Of a stretch of DNA of 64,000 nucleotides, positions 47,071 to 56,852 are shown piece after piece. The translations under genes and the position numbers were made by a program. Numbering within the stretch: the stretch's first letter is position 1; every line of letters starts with the position of its first letter. The notes under the pieces were generated by a model. It was given only the letters and a program-made list of their open reading frames with translations. It did no database searches and was not told the origin of the DNA. Source of the stretch: an uncultured virus (IMG/VR IMGVR_UViG_3300044971_002243) (Duplodnaviria > Heunggongvirae > Uroviricota > Caudoviricetes); IMG/VR virus record IMGVR_UViG_3300044971_002243; one strand, written 5' to 3'.

Positions 47071-47561
47071 TGATAATCGAAGATACAAGCCTTAAAGGCG
47101 TTAAATTAATTAAACCAACTGTTTATGAAGACTATCGTGGCACGAATATTGAAACGTGGCACAAAGATAATTATGAGCAGTTAGGCGTAAACTTTATTCT
47201 TGATAGCGTGTCAACATCCCGTAGACATACACTACGTGGTATTCATGGAGATGATTGTACAACAAAACTTGTTTCGTGTTTACATGGAACAATTTATCAA
47301 ATCGTAATCAATCTTGATGAAGATTCTGACCAATATGGTCAATGGCAAGAATTTACTTTGTCAGACAGAAACGGATATCAAGTTCTATTGCCTCCGAAAC
47401 ATGGTAATGCACACTTGGTAATGTCGGAGCATTGTGTGTTCAGTTACAAGCTTGACCAGTATTATGACCGCAAATCACAATACACTGTCAAGTGGAACGA
47501 TGAGCGTTTTAATATTTACTGGCCAATTAAAAATCCTATTTTATCTGAGAGAGATAGATGA
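47070..47561 (+). CDS. rmlC: dTDP-4-dehydrorhamnose 3,5-epimerase-like protein
   Basis: DYRG, TLRGIH and WPIKNPILSERD motifs. Confidence 0.85.
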   Translation: MIIEDTSLKGVKLIKPTVYEDYRGTNIETWHKDNYEQLGVNFILDSVSTSRRHTLRGIHGDDCTTKLVSCLHGTIYQIVINLDEDSDQYGQWQEFTLSDRNGYQVLLPPKHGNAHLVMSEHCVFSYKLDQYYDRKSQYTVKWNDERFNIYWPIKNPILSERDR

Positions 47562-48520
47562 GAATAGCGTTAGTAACGGGTGGTTCAGGTTATCTAGGTT
47601 CACATCTTGGTAAAGCACTGAAGAAAGCTGGTTACTTTACAGTGTGTTTTGATATTAAAACACCACAGAATGATATCTACTGGGATGTTTATTCTCCTGG
47701 TGATATTCGGTCACATGAAGATTTATCAAGAGTATTTGTAAACTGGACACCAGATATTGTTTTCCATCTTGCGGGTCGTATTGAAGTTGGTGAATCAGTT
47801 TTATCTCCTGAAGTGTTTTGGGATGTCAATGTAGGTGGCACGTGCAATCTATTAAATTTTATGAGATGTTACAATGTTAGGAATATTGTTTATTCTTCTA
47901 CTGCCGGCGTTTATCGTTCTCAGCACACTACACTCTCTGAGAAAGCGGAAATAACAAATAACAATCCATATTCAAACAGCAAATATGCTGCCGAATGTGC
48001 GATTCGTGACTCCAAAACAAAACATATTATTTTTAGATTCTTCAATCTTGCGGGTGCAGACCCAGACGGTGAAATGGGCGAAATGCATGAACCCGAAACA
48101 CATTTGATTCCGCTAATGTTCGAAAGTCTAAATAATAAAAAGGAGTTTATTGTAAATGGTAACGATTATAATACACCTGATGGTACATGTATTCGTGATT
48201 TTGTGCATGTTTCCGATGTAGCAGATGCTCATGTGTTAGCTGACAATTATTTACAAACAAAGTACGAAAGTCAACCTACTCTGTTCAATTTAGGATTAGG
48301 AAAAGGTTACACCAACTTGCAAGTTATAAACACCGCAATGTCTGAACTTAAACTTAATATTGAATATCAAATTGGTAAAAGAAGAGAAGGTGACCCATCA
48401 AAACTCGTTGCCAACATAGATTTGGCAAAACAACACCTTAATTTTAAACCTAAACATAATTTAAAATCCATTTTAAAAACAGCTTTTAACTGGCATGAAT
48501 ACCAACGACAAATCGATTGA
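47558..48520 (+). CDS. galE: UDP-glucose 4-epimerase
   Basis: GGSGYLGSH, YxxxK (YSNSK), ETHLIP and TPDGTCIRD motifs. Confidence 0.9.
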   Translation: MRIALVTGGSGYLGSHLGKALKKAGYFTVCFDIKTPQNDIYWDVYSPGDIRSHEDLSRVFVNWTPDIVFHLAGRIEVGESVLSPEVFWDVNVGGTCNLLNFMRCYNVRNIVYSSTAGVYRSQHTTLSEKAEITNNNPYSNSKYAAECAIRDSKTKHIIFRFFNLAGADPDGEMGEMHEPETHLIPLMFESLNNKKEFIVNGNDYNTPDGTCIRDFVHVSDVADAHVLADNYLQTKYESQPTLFNLGLGKGYTNLQVINTAMSELKLNIEYQIGKRREGDPSKLVANIDLAKQHLNFKPKHNLKSILKTAFNWHEYQRQID

Positions 48521-49028
48521 TTTTGAACAACTCACAAATTTTCTTTCAGGTGGTATTGATACGAATAGTATTGAATCACTTTCGAAATGGATAATGAGTG
48601 CGAAGTTTAATAAAATCGATAAGCCACTAACACTACACATAAACTCTGAAGGTGGAGAATTGGGTAGTGCTATAGGCTTGGTTGACTTGATGCGTGGTGT
48701 GGGTATACCAATACGCACACTTGGTTATGGAAATATCATGAGTGCAGCGTTTGTGATTTTCGCTGCCGGAGAAAAAGGTTATCGAGCAATAGGAAAAAAC
48801 ACTACAATAATGATTCATCAGTTTAGTGATACTATGGAGGGAAAGTATCATGATATGCGTTCTTATGCAAAAGAATGCGACCGATATAATCATAAAATGG
48901 CACAACTACTTTCCGAGTGTTCGAATCTTTCTGTCCGAGATGTAAAATCAAAATTTCTCAGACCAACAGATGTTTGGTTGTCTGCGGAAGAACTTGTTGA
49001 ATATGGTATAGCAGATATTATCTTTTAG
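48495..49028 (+). CDS. clpP: ClpP-family serine protease
   Basis: INSEGG, MSAA (catalytic Ser), MIHQ and D.WLSAEE..YGIAD motifs. Confidence 0.85.
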   Translation: MNTNDKSIDFEQLTNFLSGGIDTNSIESLSKWIMSAKFNKIDKPLTLHINSEGGELGSAIGLVDLMRGVGIPIRTLGYGNIMSAAFVIFAAGEKGYRAIGKNTTIMIHQFSDTMEGKYHDMRSYAKECDRYNHKMAQLLSECSNLSVRDVKSKFLRPTDVWLSAEELVEYGIADIIF

Positions 49029-49421
49029 GAGCAATAAATATGTTGTCTGGAGGCAATAAATTTCAGAAAACGAAAAAAACCAAGTTTAACAAAAATCGTG
49101 AGACTTATGAAAATCCACCAATGAAGAATCAAAAACATCGTGACAAATCGATGTATAGATTACTAAAACAGGAAAAAGATTATGTCATATAGAGAAGTAA
49201 TTAAAAATCGGATTATTGAGTTAGAGAAAAAAATTCAAGAATCCAATAATGACCGAATAGCACTAGAAGCTTTACGTTCAGAATTAGTCAAGCTTAACAT
49301 GCAAGATTTTGAGGAAGATATGCGTGAAGAATCTGGACAGCAGTTGCTAAAAGGTTAAGCATCTGTTGTACAAAAACAACATGTAGTTGACATTCATCAG
49401 TTTTCGTAGTATTCTATTATT

Positions 49422-49781
49422 ATGAAAACTGTTCCTACAATAGGCTCTGATATAGAAGTCTCTTGCAAATTTTATACTGGTGTCAGTAAATTTGCAGGTA
49501 CCGTTATTACTCCTTACAAATGGCTATCAGCCGACGAGTTTTGTTTGCAAACTGGCAACAAAGCATTTCCTATTTCTGTTATCAATTTGAAATCTGTTGT
49601 TGATTTGAAAATACTTAAAGGTTCGACAACAAAAACCCGCAAGTTCAAAATCAAAGGTTCTAAAGACCATGAATATTTTGTAACTTTAGTAAATGACAAT
49701 TATTCTTGTTCTTGTATTGGTTTCAAATATCACAATAAATGTAAACACATATCAAAAGTGAAAGAGATTATTACCAAATAA
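49422..49781 (+). CDS. SWIM zinc-finger protein
   Basis: CSCIGF...CKH. Preceded by TTGACA-17-TATTCT (49387-49415). Confidence 0.7.
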   Translation: MKTVPTIGSDIEVSCKFYTGVSKFAGTVITPYKWLSADEFCLQTGNKAFPISVINLKSVVDLKILKGSTTKTRKFKIKGSKDHEYFVTLVNDNYSCSCIGFKYHNKCKHISKVKEIITK

Positions 49782-49823
49782 CCTCTTGACAATCCACAAC
49801 CGCGTTGATATAATGGTATTGTT

Positions 49824-50216
49824 ATGATGATTCGTATATACTCAAAGTCGAAGAAGAAAAAGTTGACAAAGAAGCAATTGCAAGAACAGCAAGACTTCAT
49901 TGCTTCAATCAACAAGATACCGCTACCTTCTGGTGGCAAGTATCCTGCTGCTGCGACTCAAAAAGTCAAAGAGAAGTCACTGATGCCGTATCGTGTTCCG
50001 CGTGATGTGGTAAGCGCACCATCACTACCTGACACACACAAAGGCGCATTGACTAAAACGGGTATCATGAAAGACTATCACAAACTCTCACCCGCCGACC
50101 GTGAGATTGTGAACGATGTTGCATCCTGTACGGCACCAATGCACAAGGGTAATTATGTTTACGTTACTCCTGGCATGAATCCTGCGGGTCTTGGTCGGAA
50201 AAACGAAGTATTGTAA
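49824..50216 (+). CDS. conserved basic hypothetical protein
   Basis: PMHKGNYV motif. Promoter TTGACA-17-TATAAT at 49786-49814. Confidence 0.65.
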   Translation: MMIRIYSKSKKKKLTKKQLQEQQDFIASINKIPLPSGGKYPAAATQKVKEKSLMPYRVPRDVVSAPSLPDTHKGALTKTGIMKDYHKLSPADREIVNDVASCTAPMHKGNYVYVTPGMNPAGLGRKNEVL

Positions 50217-50279
50217 TGCTTGACAAACTAACCAAGCTTTGCTATACTATTATTTCTACTGTTGAATGGAGTTTTGATT

Positions 50280-50711
50280 ATGGCACAAACTAAATCGGCC
50301 ACTTATTGGTCACAGCGTAAAGCAAAAAGTTCTGGCAAACTTGTTCGTTGGGAACGTCTTTTGACTGTTCTTGGCAACGGTGGTGTTGTTACTCTCAAAG
50401 AGATTCAAGATACAATGGAATATCCCAATATGTATCGAATCGGTGCTGAGATTCTGACACTGAAATACAATGGTGGTGTTGTTCGTGCAAACAAAAATGG
50501 TCGTAATGTTGTCGGTTACGAACTTATTAATGCACAAGAAATGGTTGCAAAATTTCTGACACCACGTGGCTTCACTGTTGCAAACATTGTTGGTCGTGTA
50601 GATAACATTGAAAAACTTTCTGATCTCAAATCAGAAGTTCAACCTAAAGCAACAAAAACTAAAAAAACAAAAGTTGAAGAAACACTTGAGGTTGAAGAAG
50701 TTACTGAGTAA
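50280..50711 (+). CDS. hypothetical protein (possible winged helix)
   Basis: Promoter TTGACA-17-TATACT at 50220-50248. GGAG SD. Confidence 0.6.
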   Translation: MAQTKSATYWSQRKAKSSGKLVRWERLLTVLGNGGVVTLKEIQDTMEYPNMYRIGAEILTLKYNGGVVRANKNGRNVVGYELINAQEMVAKFLTPRGFTVANIVGRVDNIEKLSDLKSEVQPKATKTKKTKVEETLEVEEVTE

Positions 50712-51040
50712 ACAGTTTCGGGGTGATTGCCGTCAGCGGGACATAGGCTCATCATTAAATAACAATGAATGTCGGGAGACATCCACGTGCCCCTTCCTCT
50801 TTTTGCAAGGTAAAAAATGTCCAAACTCAAAGATTGGTTAGTTACAAAATATTTAAATTTCGAAACACAAGCCGTCAAAGCAATGCAGACGGCTGATTTT
50901 TATGGTAATCTTTTTACCGAACGGCAAAAGTTTTACATTGCCGTTTTTTTCATGTTGTTGATGTTAATGGCAGGTCTTTATGGCGCAGTTCAATTCATAG
51001 GTCTTGTTTATATCATGAGTAAATTAACACCCGAAGATAA

Positions 51041-51583
51041 ATGAATATTTTCTATCTCCATCCTGATCCGAAAACGTGTGCAGAATATCACAACGATAAA
51101 CACGTGGTCAAAATGATCATTGAGTATGCACAATTACTTTCAACTGCACATCGGATTTTGGATGGCGATGAATACATTGACTTGACTGCAAACAATCGTA
51201 AAATTAAACGTTGGCGTTTGCCTGATGAGCGTGAACAAACACTCATGAAAGCATCACACATTAATCATCCTTCAAATGTATGGGCACGTGCAAATCATTT
51301 GAATTATAAATGGTTGTACGAACTCTGGTGCAATTTGCTGGATGAGTATACGTATCGATATGAAAAAATTCACTCGTGTGCAAGATTGAAAAACATTCTG
51401 GCAAAAACGCCAGAAAATATTCCTCTTGGTTTGCGTGAATCTGAGCCAACGCCTGCTATGCCCGATGATGTAAAAATTCTGAACGATTCGTTGGCATCAT
51501 ATCGCAATTACTATACAAAAAACAAAACACACTTAGCCAAGTGGAAAAAACGACCAGTGCCTGAATGGTACGCTGCTATATAA
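51041..51583 (+). CDS. pyrimidine-dimer DNA glycosylase/endonuclease V-like family protein
   Basis: MNIFYL...DKHVVKMIIEYAQLLSTAH, HINHPS and YRNYY motifs. Confidence 0.7.
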   Translation: MNIFYLHPDPKTCAEYHNDKHVVKMIIEYAQLLSTAHRILDGDEYIDLTANNRKIKRWRLPDEREQTLMKASHINHPSNVWARANHLNYKWLYELWCNLLDEYTYRYEKIHSCARLKNILAKTPENIPLGLRESEPTPAMPDDVKILNDSLASYRNYYTKNKTHLAKWKKRPVPEWYAAI

Positions 51584-51587
51584 TAAT

Positions 51588-51887
51588 ATGCCTACTTATG
51601 ACTTTTTAAATACTGAAACAGGTGAAGTTGAAGAACGATTCATGTCGTTATCTCAACGTGAACAGTTTCTCAAAGATAATCCACACATGCAACAAATGAT
51701 TGGCGCCACTGCTACTGTCAGTGGTGTTTCAATCACTGGTAAAATCCCTGACGGATTCAAAGAAGTTCTTGCAAAAGTTTCTGAGAATCATAAACAATCC
51801 TCTGTCGCAAATCGACACGGTAAAAAATCTATCAAAGAATCACAGACACAACAAATCGTAAATAAACATTTAGGTAAATTTAATTAA
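51588..51887 (+). CDS. FmdB-like small protein (MPTY-type, lacking Cys ligands)
   Basis: MPTYDF..TETGE start. Confidence 0.55.
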   Translation: MPTYDFLNTETGEVEERFMSLSQREQFLKDNPHMQQMIGATATVSGVSITGKIPDGFKEVLAKVSENHKQSSVANRHGKKSIKESQTQQIVNKHLGKFN

Positions 51888-52552
51888 TGAGAATATTTGA
51901 ACATGTAAATTTACCGCAACTTCAATTTGATCTTAATGCTGAGACTACCGATGGTGGTAGGCTTTATACGACACCTGAGGGTAAAAAGTATAAGTCTATC
52001 ACTACAGTGCTTTCCCATTATAATAAACAGGGCATTTACGAATGGCGTCAGGCTGTTGGTGAAGAATATGCCAACAAAGTATCAAAGAAAGCATCCAATC
52101 GTGGTACAAAAGTCCACAAGATTTGTGAAGATTATCTCAATAATGAGATACCCGAATTAAAGATGCAGATGTTGATGCCTGACCTGAAAGAATTATTTTT
52201 CAAGATTAAACCAATAATTGATGATAATGTTGGCAAAGTTTATGCACAAGAACAAGCATTGTATTCTGACAAATATAGAATTGCTGGTCGAGTTGACTTA
52301 ATTGCTGAATGGAATGGTAAGTTATCCGTTATTGACTTCAAAACGTCTACGAAACAAAAGAACGAAGAAGATATTCAGAATTACTTTATGCAGTGTACAG
52401 CATATGCTTTGATGTTTGCTGAACGCACCGGTATTTGGATTGATGATATTGTTGTATTGATTGCCACTGAAGAAGGTGATGCCTTGCTATTTGAGCGCCA
52501 AATTGATGCGTATCGGAAACCTCTAATGGAGTATATTGATAAATATGCTTGA
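51887..52552 (+). CDS. PD-(D/E)XK exonuclease (Cas4/RecB-like)
   Basis: SITTVL, RGTKVH, AGRVD, IDFKTS and Q..AYA motifs. Confidence 0.85.
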   Translation: MRIFEHVNLPQLQFDLNAETTDGGRLYTTPEGKKYKSITTVLSHYNKQGIYEWRQAVGEEYANKVSKKASNRGTKVHKICEDYLNNEIPELKMQMLMPDLKELFFKIKPIIDDNVGKVYAQEQALYSDKYRIAGRVDLIAEWNGKLSVIDFKTSTKQKNEEDIQNYFMQCTAYALMFAERTGIWIDDIVVLIATEEGDALLFERQIDAYRKPLMEYIDKYA

Positions 52553-52567
52553 TAATTTGGAGGCATT

Positions 52568-53098
52568 ATGCTATCATTCAAACAATACGAACAATTAGAC
52601 GAGGGTAATCCTCTAGCCAGACTGCACAAACATGCCGAAGAAGGCAGACACTATGCGGTTATGTCTTCACAACGACCGCATGATGAAGTGTCTCCAGAAG
52701 ATAATAAGAAGCGCCATGAAGAGTTAAAAAAGAAATTAACTGCACAGGGTTATGCTCATAAAGAAGTAGAAGGTCATTGGGAAGGCGGCAAAGAAAAGTC
52801 TATATTGGTACATGCTAAAGGAAAAGGAGATGAACACGGCAAACAGTTGCTCCACGATATTAAAAAACATGGAGAACATTATAATCAAGACTCAATCTTA
52901 CATCATGATGGAAAAACAGCGACCCTACATGGAACAAACAAAACAGGTTTCCCAGGACACGGTAAGACAGAGACAGTAGGTAAAATGGCGTATAATAAAG
53001 CACATGCGCCATTTCAAACAGAAATGAAACCGAAGTCAGATAAACCGTTGAAACCTGGAAGAACAGCGAAAAGTTCTGCAAGATTCACAACGGAGTAA
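52568..53098 (+). CDS. putative SAM-lyase-like protein with capsid-targeting-like N-terminus
   Basis: MLSFKQYEQLDE leader. YAVMSSQR..NKKRH..GHWE..EKSILV..YNQDSIL resembles the T3 SAMase motif order. Confidence 0.6.
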   Translation: MLSFKQYEQLDEGNPLARLHKHAEEGRHYAVMSSQRPHDEVSPEDNKKRHEELKKKLTAQGYAHKEVEGHWEGGKEKSILVHAKGKGDEHGKQLLHDIKKHGEHYNQDSILHHDGKTATLHGTNKTGFPGHGKTETVGKMAYNKAHAPFQTEMKPKSDKPLKPGRTAKSSARFTTE

Positions 53099-53254
53099 TT
53101 ATGGAAATTAGTGAAAAAGAATACGATGAAAAATTGGATGAATATCTGAGAGAACAAGGACCAAATCTAGGTGAAACATTTTTTGGCGCATGGGGTTGGT
53201 ATGCAACAAAACGAAATGAGTTTAATGCGATATTGAAAGAGGAAGGAATTGTTG

Positions 53255-53540
53255 TAATCCCTTCAAAGTGAAGGCATTCTGGACGAGGGTTCGATTCCCT
53301 CCATCTCCACCAGAAACATTCTTGTCCATGGAGTTGGGAACGGACAGATAAACCGTGAGAGTGTTTCTCATGGGGATGACCTGGTTTCGACAGGGTGAGA
53401 TAGCAGAGAAGGCAACACGAAAGGCGACGGACGTAATCCGAGCAAATAATATAACCGCAAATGACGAGTTATACGCTCTAGCAGCCTAAATTGCTAGATG
53501 AGGTTTCGCCGACTGTCCTTATTATCCAATCAGTCGGCAT
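53255..53540 (+). ncRNA. ssrA: circularly permuted (two-piece) tmRNA, tag ANDELYALAA
   Basis: T-arm and CATCTCCACCA end at 53312, before the GGGGATGAC 5' end at 53372. G3:U pair. Tag ORF at 53457-53489. Outer ends approximate. Confidence 0.9.
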
Positions 53541-53608
53541 CAATTATGGGTTTGGTGGCATCACCCGAACAAGAGTTCAAAAAACCACCACTTACACGGA
53601 GTTATATT

Positions 53609-54331
53609 ATGAAAATTTATTTGTCTAAGTCACGATATCATTGGATATCTCCATATACGATGCTAGACTATTTGTTCTTTTGGACAAAATGGTCAAAGTG
53701 TAGCCGAGACAAAAAAGCATACAAATATCCCGAATCAGATGATTGGGTTGATCCGCCAGCTTGGGTTGAAAAATGGGCAGACCGCCTAACTCCTGTTTCT
53801 ATCACACTTCAAAAAATTCTTGATAAAATTCATCCTGAAATTAAGTATGTGAAGATTGACTACTGGGATGTGTGGAGTATGGATCACACTCTTTCACCAA
53901 TCATTCTTCCAATGTTGAAGAAACTCAAAGAAGTAAAACATGGTTCTGGCTTCGTTGACATGGAAGATGTACCAGAACATCTAAGATGTACGACAACTGA
54001 AGATTGGGACAGTCAACGCACATTTGATTTTTATAATGAAGATGTTCCAAAAGAAGGTGTTGCAGATATTCATGCACGATGGAATTGGGTGCTTGATGAA
54101 ATGATTTTTGCGTTTGAACATCTTGTTGATGATTCGTGGGAAGAAAAGTTTAGTTCTGGTGAAATAGATTGGAAGTTTGTTCCTTGTGAAGACAATTCAA
54201 AACTCAGTCGTATTGAACACGGCCCTAATCACACATATGTTTGCGACTATGACGGATTACGCAGAGAATATGATCGTATAGATAATGGTCTTCGTTTGTT
54301 TGGTAAATATTATCGTAACTTGTGGGATTAA
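53609..54331 (+). CDS. conserved phage hypothetical protein
   Basis: GGAG SD before ATG 53609. DVWSMDHTL and LFGKYY..LWD motifs. Confidence 0.7.
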   Translation: MKIYLSKSRYHWISPYTMLDYLFFWTKWSKCSRDKKAYKYPESDDWVDPPAWVEKWADRLTPVSITLQKILDKIHPEIKYVKIDYWDVWSMDHTLSPIILPMLKKLKEVKHGSGFVDMEDVPEHLRCTTTEDWDSQRTFDFYNEDVPKEGVADIHARWNWVLDEMIFAFEHLVDDSWEEKFSSGEIDWKFVPCEDNSKLSRIEHGPNHTYVCDYDGLRREYDRIDNGLRLFGKYYRNLWD

Positions 54332-54574
54332 TTATGAATAAATCTTTTTTACTAATTGGTGGTACAGTTGTTTTGGTTATGCTTTTGATTGTATTTATAC
54401 CACAACCTAAAGGTACTTACATCAATTGTGGACTGTCCGAAATCTCTCCAGACTTTACGCCAGAGATGCGGAAAATGTGTCGTGAAGTGAGAGCAACCAA
54501 ATTATAAAATGACTAAATAAAAGACTGGCACCACACACACTCGCCAGTAAATACACACAACACAGGAGAAACAC

Positions 54575-54847
54575 ATGAGTAATCTGACACCGTTTGAGAT
54601 TCGTCTTGAACTTCTAAAAATGGCGAAAGAATTATTGTTAGAAGAGTACCACTCTAACAAAGATCGTCTAACCAATGAATGGCACGTAAAGGTAGAGTCC
54701 GCCAAGTTAAATGGACAAGCAATACCTGAACATCCAGCCTTTCCAACTTATCCCTCAGAAAGCGACATCATTACCAAGGCACAGTCCTTGAATGGATTCG
54801 TATCTAACATTACAGCAGAAAAAACACAGAGCAAAAAATCTGCCTGA
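54575..54847 (+). CDS. conserved phage hypothetical protein
   Basis: PFEIRLELLKMAK motif. TAAATA and AGGAG upstream. Confidence 0.7.
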   Translation: MSNLTPFEIRLELLKMAKELLLEEYHSNKDRLTNEWHVKVESAKLNGQAIPEHPAFPTYPSESDIITKAQSLNGFVSNITAEKTQSKKSA

Positions 54848-54893
54848 CGGGACCGGGTGTGCTTCGGCACACCTCTAACTTATAGGAGAAAGT

Positions 54894-55448
54894 ATGCGTT
54901 ACATCACACTAACGATTTGTAGTTTATTTGCAGCATTTATTGTTTATACCGGTCATGCAGCAGCACAAGTTGAAATTCCAATTGCACCGAAAATTCAATT
55001 AGATGATTTAACACCTTCCGCCAGACAAGAAGTTGAATGTCTTGCACAGAATATGTACTTTGAAGCTGGTGGTGAGCCAGAAAAAGGACAGTTAGCAGTT
55101 GCATTTGTTACTCACAATAGGGCACAGTCTGGTGCATTTCCAGATTCATATTGTGGCGTGGTAAAACAAAGAGTTGGTTCAATTTGCCAATTTTCTTGGT
55201 ATTGTGAAAAAAGAGCAAAGATGATGATTGACCGTGGACTCTTGACAATTGAGAACAACTCTGTATATAATAGAATAACTGAAATGGCTTTGAACTTTTA
55301 TCTTTATACAGAAACGTTCAAAGACCCAACAAAGGGTGCATTATTTTTTCATGCAAACTATGTGAAGCCGATGTGGAATAACATGAGATATACTGCACAG
55401 ATAGGTAGACATTTATTTTACAACAAAGTTTCTAGAAAGCCAGCATGA
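54894..55448 (+). CDS. cell wall hydrolase (SleB / Hydrolase_2)
   Basis: CLAQNMYFEAGGE, CQFSW, FHANYV.P.W and IGRHLFY motifs. Confidence 0.9.
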   Translation: MRYITLTICSLFAAFIVYTGHAAAQVEIPIAPKIQLDDLTPSARQEVECLAQNMYFEAGGEPEKGQLAVAFVTHNRAQSGAFPDSYCGVVKQRVGSICQFSWYCEKRAKMMIDRGLLTIENNSVYNRITEMALNFYLYTETFKDPTKGALFFHANYVKPMWNNMRYTAQIGRHLFYNKVSRKPA

Positions 55449-55717
55449 GTATTTTATCAAGTAAAAAAGAAAAGGAGATTGTTATGGAAAAAGGATTGGG
55501 AGCAGTTACCACTTTCAGTGTAACACTGGTACTACTTTCAATTGTCACTGCGATTTGTATTTACGGACTAAACGAACGTAAACTAATGGCAGCAAATATT
55601 GAAAACGCTATTACAAAGGGTGTTGACCCACTATCGGTTCGATGCTCTTACGTTAAGAGTGACGATATTATCTGTATTGCATATGCATCAAATAAAAAGT
55701 AAACAGGAGACTATATA

Positions 55718-56017
55718 ATGCACTTTGAAAATGACAGCCATAATTTTACTTTGAAGTATGATTCGAGTGATGGTAAAACAAGTCTTGAAATGAACTTCAG
55801 TGAACTCTACGTTGATGATATTTTTAATCAATTCAAGAATTTTTTACAAGGATGTGGATATGAAATTGATGGCTACATTGGTGTGATTCCTTGGAGTGTT
55901 AATTCATCTCAACACGAACAGCCACAATTTGATTTTTCTAACATACCAGATAATAATTGGCTGTTTGATAAAAAAGAATCAGTGCCACAAAATCTATCAC
56001 AGGCGTCTGAGAAATAA
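55718..56017 (+). CDS. hypothetical protein
   Basis: AGGAG SD. FKNFLQGCGY motif. Confidence 0.6.
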   Translation: MHFENDSHNFTLKYDSSDGKTSLEMNFSELYVDDIFNQFKNFLQGCGYEIDGYIGVIPWSVNSSQHEQPQFDFSNIPDNNWLFDKKESVPQNLSQASEK

Positions 56018-56241
56018 TGCCGACTAAAGATGAAATGCTGAAGTTTTCTATGCGAATAGAAGACCTTGTTGCGGTTACAGACTATACTTACATTGAAGCT
56101 ATTACAGAGCATTGTAAGAAAACTGGTTTAGAAATAGAAGTCGCAGCCACTCTTATTACACCGAATTTGAAATCGAAAATTCAAGAACAAGCAGAGCGAA
56201 CTAATTTGTTGAAAACAAAAAACAGTCGTTTACCTATATGA
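56017..56241 (+). CDS. gp33: late promoter transcription accessory protein
   Basis: YIEAI..C....LKSKIQEQA pattern. Synteny 33-59-32. Confidence 0.85.
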   Translation: MPTKDEMLKFSMRIEDLVAVTDYTYIEAITEHCKKTGLEIEVAATLITPNLKSKIQEQAERTNLLKTKNSRLPI

Positions 56242-56852
56242 TTAATGGTTATGAAGCCTTTTGTTTATACACTTCTCTTAAACTCCACTTCAATTCAGAT
56301 TCTTACGATTACCTTAAGTATAATGGGAAAGTAAATACGAGTATTGATGCGTTTGAGAATCGAAAAGATAAATGGCATTTCTACAAACTGAGCAGAAGAT
56401 TCACTAATGTTGAACAGGGTCGTGACTTTATTGTTGCTAATCTTGTCTATGACCCTAATGTTTGGATTGGACATTTATTGACAGATGAGTCTGATATTCA
56501 GTATCGCAAGCGCCAAAAGGTGATTCAGTCTTTGACGTACACGTTCACAAACGAGATTGCATCATTAATGAGACATAAAGACCCTAATGCATCATTAATG
56601 ATACATGACGGTCAATATCCAGAACTGCTTACACAGTATCTCCAGAATGAAATTTCAATTGAAACGATTTGTATACTGAACAAAATCATGGGTTTCTTGC
56701 GAATGTGGGACAAAAAAATTGTTGATACAATTCGTTATCCAGCAGTAAGTCGAACGATAAAGAAATATACACCTTTCATATCTTTTGATGCAATAAAATA
56801 TAAACTTATACTCAAAAAGGAATACGATGCAAATACGCAAAATATATCTTGA
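56238..56852 (+). CDS. gp59: helicase loader
   Basis: LKLHF...YDY.KY.GK and ISIET motifs. Synteny. Confidence 0.9.
   Translation: MINGYEAFCLYTSLKLHFNSDSYDYLKYNGKVNTSIDAFENRKDKWHFYKLSRRFTNVEQGRDFIVANLVYDPNVWIGHLLTDESDIQYRKRQKVIQSLTYTFTNEIASLMRHKDPNASLMIHDGQYPELLTQYLQNEISIETICILNKIMGFLRMWDKKIVDTIRYPAVSRTIKKYTPFISFDAIKYKLILKKEYDANTQNIS

Noticed and set aside
51887..52552. Cas4-like nuclease as evidence of a CRISPR system
   Set aside because: No array or other cas genes are seen. Stand-alone PD-(D/E)XK exonucleases are common in T4-like phages.
53498..53608. N-terminal extension of ORF 53498-54331
   Set aside because: It overlaps the tmRNA 3' region. The SD supports ATG 53609.
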